Source: Psammoneis japonica
Lineage: Eukaryota
NCBI GenBank assembly: GCA_008632985.1
Contig: QPGO01000203.1
Span: 107,366-127,365 of the forward strand
DNA length: 20,000 nt
Direction: 5' to 3'
The translations under genes were made by a program, and so were the position numbers. Position 1 is the stretch's first letter. Each line of letters begins with the position of its first letter. The notes under the pieces were generated by a model. That model saw only the letters and a list, made by a program, of their open reading frames with translations, made no database searches and had not been told where the DNA came from. Positions 10,640-17,209 of this stretch are shown piece by piece.

Positions 10640-10852
10640 GGTGGATGATGATTGTACGGATATGATGTGCAATGGACTCGTCGCAAAGCGAAAATTATGA
10701 GGGCAAGGAATGAGCAGACTGAATGAGCAGTCACGGGAAATTTGCCGACATGAGCAGTCTTCTTCCGTAGAACTTGTACCCGCTTCTACGAATTCCTATC
10801 TCAACTGACATTTTTTGCAGCGACCGTTTCATTCCAGCAATTCAAATCTTTT

Positions 10853-11137
10853 GTACTGGAAGCTACGTGATTTTCACGGATTCCTACTGAAACGGCAGGT
10901 TTTTCACGGTAACGGCAGCTCGAGTGCATTGTACTGAAAGTCACGTGAATGCCACGGATTCCTCTTCCTAAAACGGCAAGTTTTCTCGATGGTAACGGCA
11001 GCTGAGGTGTGTTGTATTGGAAGCCACGTGAACGCCACGGATTCCTACGGAAACGGCTGCTTTGGAAGGTAACGGCAGCTCGAGTGCATTGTACTGGAAG
11101 CCACGTGAATGCTACGGATTCCTATTGAAACGGCAGT
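10853..11137. repeat. Tandem array of ~3.6 units of ~80 bp upstream of the orphan gene
   Basis: Units start at 10853, 10931, 11014 and 11091 (GTACTGGAAGCCACGTGAATGCCACGGATTCCTA...AAACGGC...GGTAACGGCAGCTCGAGTGCATT). Confidence 0.9.
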
Positions 11138-11853
11138 GTTGCTGGCAGTATGAAACCACCAGGACGCGTCTCCTTTTTTCCCTCCGACGTTTGTCGCGGA
11201 CAGAATGCAAATCGGGAGTGTGTTTGATGTCATTGATTTTTGTGCTGCAGAACTTGCACTCGTCCTTTCTCCTACCCTTTGGTTTTGACTGGAGAGCACG
11301 GCGGTGGTTGATTGCCACGGGGCTGATTGATTCAAATACACCTGTCGTGGATTCGAGATATTCAAAAGCTGACGCCCACCAGCTTGCTTGCCAATGCGAT
11401 AATATTGTCTGGGTTGCTGGTTTGCTTGGGGTGTGCTGTACGCCAAACCGTGGGAGGCGAACTAGAGTACAGTAGTAGTAAGGCATTTACAAGAGCGTGA
11501 CCAGTCTAAGTCCGTATCGTGATCAATGGTATTTCTTCATCGGAACAAATGTAAGTCAAAGTGCAGGACTCAGATGTTTAAAAAAGAGCTATTCTTTGCG
11601 TTGAGGCCTTCTTTGGCATGCATGGTGTGCTGGACGGGTTTTGGAGATACCGTTCATGTCTTCAAACTGGCTACTTGGCCACGTCTGTGCAACTACAGTA
11701 GCGCACTGTCTTGCGGTCATTTGCACTTTTCCACTACATAAGCCCCCCGCTCTTCAAACTTCACGACGGTTGCAGTAGATCACCGGTATCCCAGCCGACT
11801 GTATCTACAAGCGGATCAAGACCGTTGCTATCAACACGCAATTTTCAATCGGC

Positions 11854-11870
11854 TCTGTGTGTGTGTGTGT
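11854..11870. repeat. (TG)n microsatellite
   Basis: CTGTGTGTGTGTGTGTT run. Confidence 0.7.
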
Positions 11871-13464
11871 TTGCTCGCGATTGTCGCGGCATGCACCTTT
11901 GATTCGCTATAGAGTCTAGCTACTAGCTCGCTACTAGATAAGGTGGTTAGTCTCATTGTGTATGTTTCCGCCGCAGATTCACAATTGTCGAGTAGATCCC
12001 AACATTACACCGTGGAGAACGTTCTTGAATAACGTCGTCTCGGGGATGGGTTCCATTGCAAAATGGTCGTTGCATCCATAATCACCATTCTCAGATGGAA
12101 CAATAGATGAATCCCTTTTTTAAAATGGTAGATACTTCGTTGGACTTTAGAAAAACTGGGTCTTGACGTCTTCAATGGATACTTTGTCCGGTACGTCTTC
12201 CTTCGATGCCTGCTTTGGTTCAGACAACGACCCGCTAGAGACAAAAAGGGATACCGTAGTGCCAAATAGCAAGATTCGCTCGAACTCTTTCGACCTTCCA
12301 TGCAGGTCACATGTGCTCAACTCTCTCCAAGCTGAGCCGTTTATGCATGGAGGTGGCTTTCTTGCGTGAATCATTGCCTGCGTTTTGAGATGGTTCCAAA
12401 GGCGAGGCGGTGCCGAGAGGCAGATATGGCGGAGCCTTACTTGTCGCTGAGTTGCGTCACCTTTGCCTCTGTTCTCTGCTCCCCTTCACGGTAAACTTCA
12501 TAAGCCTGGTCCAAGTAAGACGTTGCCTAGTCCCTGTCTCCCTGGCGCAGAGAGAATGCAACAGCCAGTTCGAAAGCAAGGGCTGTACCCTGAAGGAAAC
12601 CAGACCTCTGAGCGGTGAGCGGTGCGTGTTGAGTTTTCATAGCCCTAAATACTTGCTTGCTTTATTTGCGGGGCTCTCCTCTGCACCACTCACCACGCCT
12701 TGAACCTTCATGCTTCACTTTCACGGTTCGAGGGACACTTCTGTTAGGGTAATGGTCATTGTCATGTCACGTTTTGTGTCTGTTGACACTATTCCCATGG
12801 ATCCCCATGGTTTCCCATGTGTACATTCTACGTCGAAATTGGTACATTGGTCATTGTGCAAAAAGTCATTGTTCAATACTGCAGCTTGCCTGTACAATGG
12901 ATAGAAAATAGTCAATCAAATTTTCAAAAATGGTCATTCTCAGGTCATCTCACCTGCCCTCATCATTTTTTGGACATTTTGTCCATGGGATTCCATGGGA
13001 CGGCGTGGGAAGAGGTGAGAGAAATACTCCCCAGCGATCCACGAATGAATTTTATGTACTGACTGCTTGCAGTATTCCCGAAAGCTGGGGAGAGAATCTC
13101 CCATGAAGCGGATCATCGCAAAAATCCCGATTCAAAGATTTTATCAAGGTTACATACACAGTAATATATAATACCGGTCTCAGGCGTTGTTTGCGTGTTG
13201 CCGGTTGCCGCTGATGATGGCGATGGGCGATGCCGATGGCAAGATAAAAAACACAAAACAAACAACAAGCAGCAAGTGGCAAGTTATACAGCAGTACGTA
13301 GTCATCGTGCGACTGAATATACAGCGTCTTGAACAAGTCAACTCGGAAGCAAGTAAGCTTTGTGGAAGAGTGAACAGACCAGGAATTTGTGTCTGTGCAG
13401 CGCGGAAGCACAGAGGACGGGATAGCTCATCAATAATGTTGCCTCGCCGTCGGAATCATCAACT

Positions 13465-13780
13465 ATGTCTTGTCCCAATTGTGGCTCCAGAGACGTTGAG
13501 CAGCATGGTGCGTCCAAAGCATCTATTGCACATGATGCGGCGTTGTCGTTGAGGAAATCCCGCGATTATTTCGTCGGTGGATTTCGTAGAGGGAGCGGGA
13601 GGTTCGTTTACTTTCGTGACGCAGTTTGTGTCTGCAACCAGTTCAAAGGTTTGAACTGAAGGCAGCAGCGGTTGATTTGGCCTTGACTCAAGATAAGCGA
13701 CGCTAGCAAATGATCGTAGACGAATTCAGGAAGTGGCTAGCAGACTTCGAGTGGGGTCACACTATGTGGATGCTGCTCAC
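13465..13780 (+). pseudogene. BRF1: 5' fragment of TFIIIB subunit BRF1 (Zn ribbon and start of first cyclin fold)
   Basis: Across two frameshifts and several stops it reads MSCPNCGSRDVEQHGASKAS/CT*CGVVVEE/AIISSVDFVEGAGG...QFVSATSSK...DSR*ATLANDRRRIQEVASRLRVGSHYVDAAH, which matches the BRF1 N-terminus. Confidence 0.85.
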
Positions 13781-13927
13781 ATACTCTCCAGGACATATGG
13801 TAGAAACGCTGTGTGGTCGTGGCGCCTGATTTTCTTTGATCATATTTTTGGGCTATGCGGAAAAGGTCACAATGAGAGTTGGAGATGTCAGTGTGGTGTT
13901 GGTGGCCTTCGTTGTTGTGGGCTTGGG

Positions 13928-14130
13928 TTGCGGAAGGATTATTTTGGTTGGCGATATCGCTTTGGCGGCAACAAAGCGAAAACCCATTTTACACGGCTGA
14001 GGTCGTAGCAGCACTACTCAACAACAATGGTAACAAAGCTGGCGGAGCATTGGTTCTGAATCGTCTTTCTAAGTTCCAAAACACGTTGAAAGCAAAAGAA
14101 GACGCGAGGTCGGGTTCTTATGAAGACTAA
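13928..14130 (+). pseudogene. 3' fragment of the GNAT-DTW gene
   Basis: LRKDYFGWRYRFGG/ENPFYTAEVVAALLNNNGNKAGGALVLNRLSKFQ...GSYED* matches 8683-8889, with a frameshift and no 5' part. Confidence 0.85.
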
Positions 14131-14890
14131 GTCAGAAAATGCTGTTCCGAAAAAACCTTCGTTCGGAAGTGAAGTATGGTCACGCCTACAATGCTACATA
14201 CCGGTATTGTAGGACGCCTTGGCGGAAAGATACTCTCACGTTTCATACTTCTCAACGGTATGTACAGCACAGAGTCGAACGTTTCGCTTGCGCCTTTGCT
14301 TGTACTCACTTTGGTCCTTGCAGTTTATAATCTGTTGTTTTCTAGAGAATAATATGCATCGACGCATTTCGAGCCTACAAGGAGCAATACTGAGACCACC
14401 TTAGGAACTGAAGAGGAATGGCATTGCGCTAATGAGAAAATGGAGCATGGAGCAACTGTTGATATTATTGCTGGGATGAGGAGCTTCGATAAAATGGCAC
14501 GCACGTATAGATAGAGTTGTAAGGGCTTGTCGGCCACGAGTCGGCTGCAACGCCATGTCTGAACCAGAAAAGAAGAAGAAGACACGACAACAAACTCAGC
14601 GGCCGATGCTGATGACGCTGACATGCCGAGACTGCTAACATGGTGACGGCTTCTTGCATTCCAAAAACATGCTCTGTAATAGCATTCAATATTCAGTTAC
14701 ATCTCACGTTGACTAGCATAGTACTCTACAAATAAGGCTAGCAAAGTAGATGACAAGGGAACCGCCGACTATTACAAATTACTCTCCCTCGTGCTCATCG
14801 AGGGAGTATTAGTATTCCTAGTTTCAAACAAACACACATAGTCGATTGCAGCTCTACCGGTACGAGCTTGATGGACGTCGACATCACGAC

Positions 14891-15635
14891 TTACGCAAGA
14901 CGGTCCTTGCGTTCATCGCTATCGTCAAAAGGGAGCGACTTGAAGACATCGGTGTTCTCCCAACCCCAGTTCTTCAGAATGTAGAAAAGCCTCTCGATCG
15001 CTTCGACATGGAACTTGTCAAAAACGTCCTTCGGCGAGGCAACTTGAAGCAGAGCAGGGAAATCCGATGGATGAATCCGTTCCAGCAACGAAAGCAGCTC
15101 TGCGCCGAGTGGAGCCACCCCCAAAAAGAAGACCTGCTCGTTCCACTCGCGAAGCAAGGCATTGTGCTTCTCCTCCCACCTTTTCTCTGCCTCCTCGCCG
15201 AGACGAAGAGCTTCCTCGTCGCCCCTCCTCGACTCCTCCAGCCTCGTCTCCACAGACAAAGCGCGTGCCACTTCCTCTCGCGCGGCGGCCAACAATGCCT
15301 GCTTGTTTTCGAGAGCCAAGGCACATCCCGTCTTAGCCTTGCTCAAACGTTTCCCTTCGGCCTCGCTTTCCCTGCGGTGCAACGTCAAAGAGCAACGACA
15401 AGAGGTGAGTGTCGAAAGCACAGTGCAAGAGTCGATCTTAATTACAGCCAAGCACAAAAACTCACGCGAACTTCTTCTCGTACTCTCGTCGCACGGTCTT
15501 GGGGTTTCTCGACGCGTTCTCCAACACGACGTTCTTCGACCGATCCTCGTGATCAAGCTGGACATGATCGCAGATGGCGAGGAGATGACCCTGACTCTTC
15601 TCGTCCAAAGCACGAAATGCGGCGCTCAACTTCAT
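14891..15635 (-). CDS. Second copy of the orphan gene with an in-frame 87-codon deletion; exons 15635-15466 and 15371-14891, 216 aa; possibly a pseudogene
   Basis: Same ATG context and intron (15465-15372) as copy 1. The frame is open through the junction ...LPFDD-SDERKDRLA*. Confidence 0.55.
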
Positions 15636-15845
15636 GGTGGATGATGATTGTACGGATATGATGTGCAATGGACTCGTCGCAAAGCGAAAATTATGAGGGC
15701 AAGGAATGAGCAGACTGAATGAGCAGTCACGGGAAATTTGCCGACATGAGCAGTCTTCTTCCGTAGAACTTGTACCCGCTTCTACGAATTCCTATCTCAA
15801 CTGACATTTGCAGCGACCGTTTCATTCCAGATATTCAAATCTTTT

Positions 15846-16130
15846 GTACTGGAAGCTACGTGATTTTCACGGATTCCTACTGAAACGGCAGGTTTTTCAC
15901 GGTAACGGCAGCTCGAGTGCATTGTACTGAAAGCCACGTGAATGCCACGGATTCCTCTTCCTAAAACGGCAAGTTTTCTCGATGGTAACGGCAGCTGAGG
16001 TGTGATGTATTGGAAGCCACGTGAACGCCACGGATTCCTACGGAAACGGCTGCTTTGGAAGGTAACGGCAGCTCGAGTGCATTGTACTGGAAGCCACGTG
16101 AATGCTACGGATTCCTATTGAAACGGCAGT
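15846..16130. repeat. Second copy of the ~80-bp tandem array
   Basis: Near-identical to 10853-11137. Confidence 0.9.
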
Positions 16131-16375
16131 GTTGCTGGCAGTATGAAACCACCAGGACGCGTCTCCTTTTTTCCCTCCGACGTTTGTCGCGGACAGAATG
16201 CAAATCGGGAGTGTGTTTGATGTCATTGATTTTTGTGCTGCAGAACTTGCACTCGTCCTTTCTCCTACTCTTTGGTTTTGACTGGAGAGCACGGCGGTGG
16301 TTGATTTCCACGGGGCTGATTGATTCAAATACACCTGTCGTGGATTCGAGATATTCAAAAGCTGACGCCCACCAG

Positions 16376-17110
16376 AGTAGAACGTTAGACAATAAACAGA
16401 ATAGCCAACGCATAACAAATGGCGTACTTACTGTCTCCATGAGCCTAGCGGTACTGGCACAGCCATTGGTAGTTCTCGTTCCAAGAGCAGTCGAGAACAT
16501 CCCAAACAAACCCGATGTCCTCTAGCTTTTAACGTCGTTCCGCTGACATGCCGTCCTTGTTTTGCCTCTGTGTATTTACCCATGACCCAAGAACCGTCCT
16601 GGTGGGAACCAACGCTACAATACCATAAAAACGAAATGCATAGAGTAGAACATTAGACAACTAAATCAGAATGGCCAAAGTATAACAAATGGCGACACTT
16701 ACTGTCTCCATGAATCTCTCGGTGCTGACACAGCTGTTGGAATTTTTCATTCCAAAGGTAGTCGGAAACATCCCAAACAAATCCAACGTTGTCTAGCTTT
16801 TGACGTCTCTCAGAAGGCATAGTGTCCTTCTCCTGCCTCTGTCGTAACACCCGTGGCCCAAGACTCGTCTCATCCACACTAGGAACTAACGCTGCCAGCA
16901 AAGCGCAGAAAAATGAAAAGATACTTAGATCATTGTGACAAGAGAAGAAACGAATCGAAGCACAACAAGTCGCAATACTTACTGTCTCCATGAACTACAA
17001 TGTAGAGCAACAGATTCTCATAATGTTTCTCCCACAGAAAACATCCCAAACGAAGCTCCTTTTTCCCAATTCTATTTTTCTGTCGTTGGGCCACAGGCTC
17101 AGATATTGGG
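16376..17110 (-). pseudogene. Helicase-associated (HA) repeat protein pseudogene, three exon/intron modules
   Basis: Repeats such as LVP....LG.WV..QRQ....M..ERRQKLDNVGFVWDV...WNEKFQQLCQHREIHGD. Introns 16982-16892, 16702-16615 and a truncated one from 16431 all fall at HGD-A|GTAAGT. There is a frameshift in the first module and TAA and TAG stops in the last. Confidence 0.85.
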
Positions 17111-17209
17111 CAATGCGTCAAGTCGGTACCGGCACTGTAGGGGCCCTAACAGCTGTACTGTTGGAAATGGTGAATTAAAAGTTCAAACACCGAAATCAGA
17201 TAGCACGAA

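Larger units (their letters stand above)
8683..11382 (+). repeat. Segmental duplication, copy 1
   Basis: Direct repeat of 13928-16375. Similarity starts at TTACGAAAGGATTATT and ends at GACGCCCACCAG. Confidence 0.95.
13928..16375 (+). repeat. Segmental duplication, copy 2 (lacks 261 bp corresponding to 9668-9928)
   Basis: Direct repeat of 8683-11382 with a few small indels and one 261-bp deletion. Confidence 0.95.

Noticed and set aside
9859..10648. Plus-strand ORFs 9859..10581 and 10166..10648 and their duplicates
   Set aside because: Antisense shadows of a GC-rich gene; the minus-strand model has a good start context and a canonical in-frame intron.
10853..11137. CRISPR-like array
   Set aside because: Units are similar along their whole length with no unique spacers, there are no cas genes, and the context is eukaryotic.
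11383..12700. Short ORFs between the duplicate copies
   Set aside because: No recognisable family, interrupted by stops, and no supported gene model.
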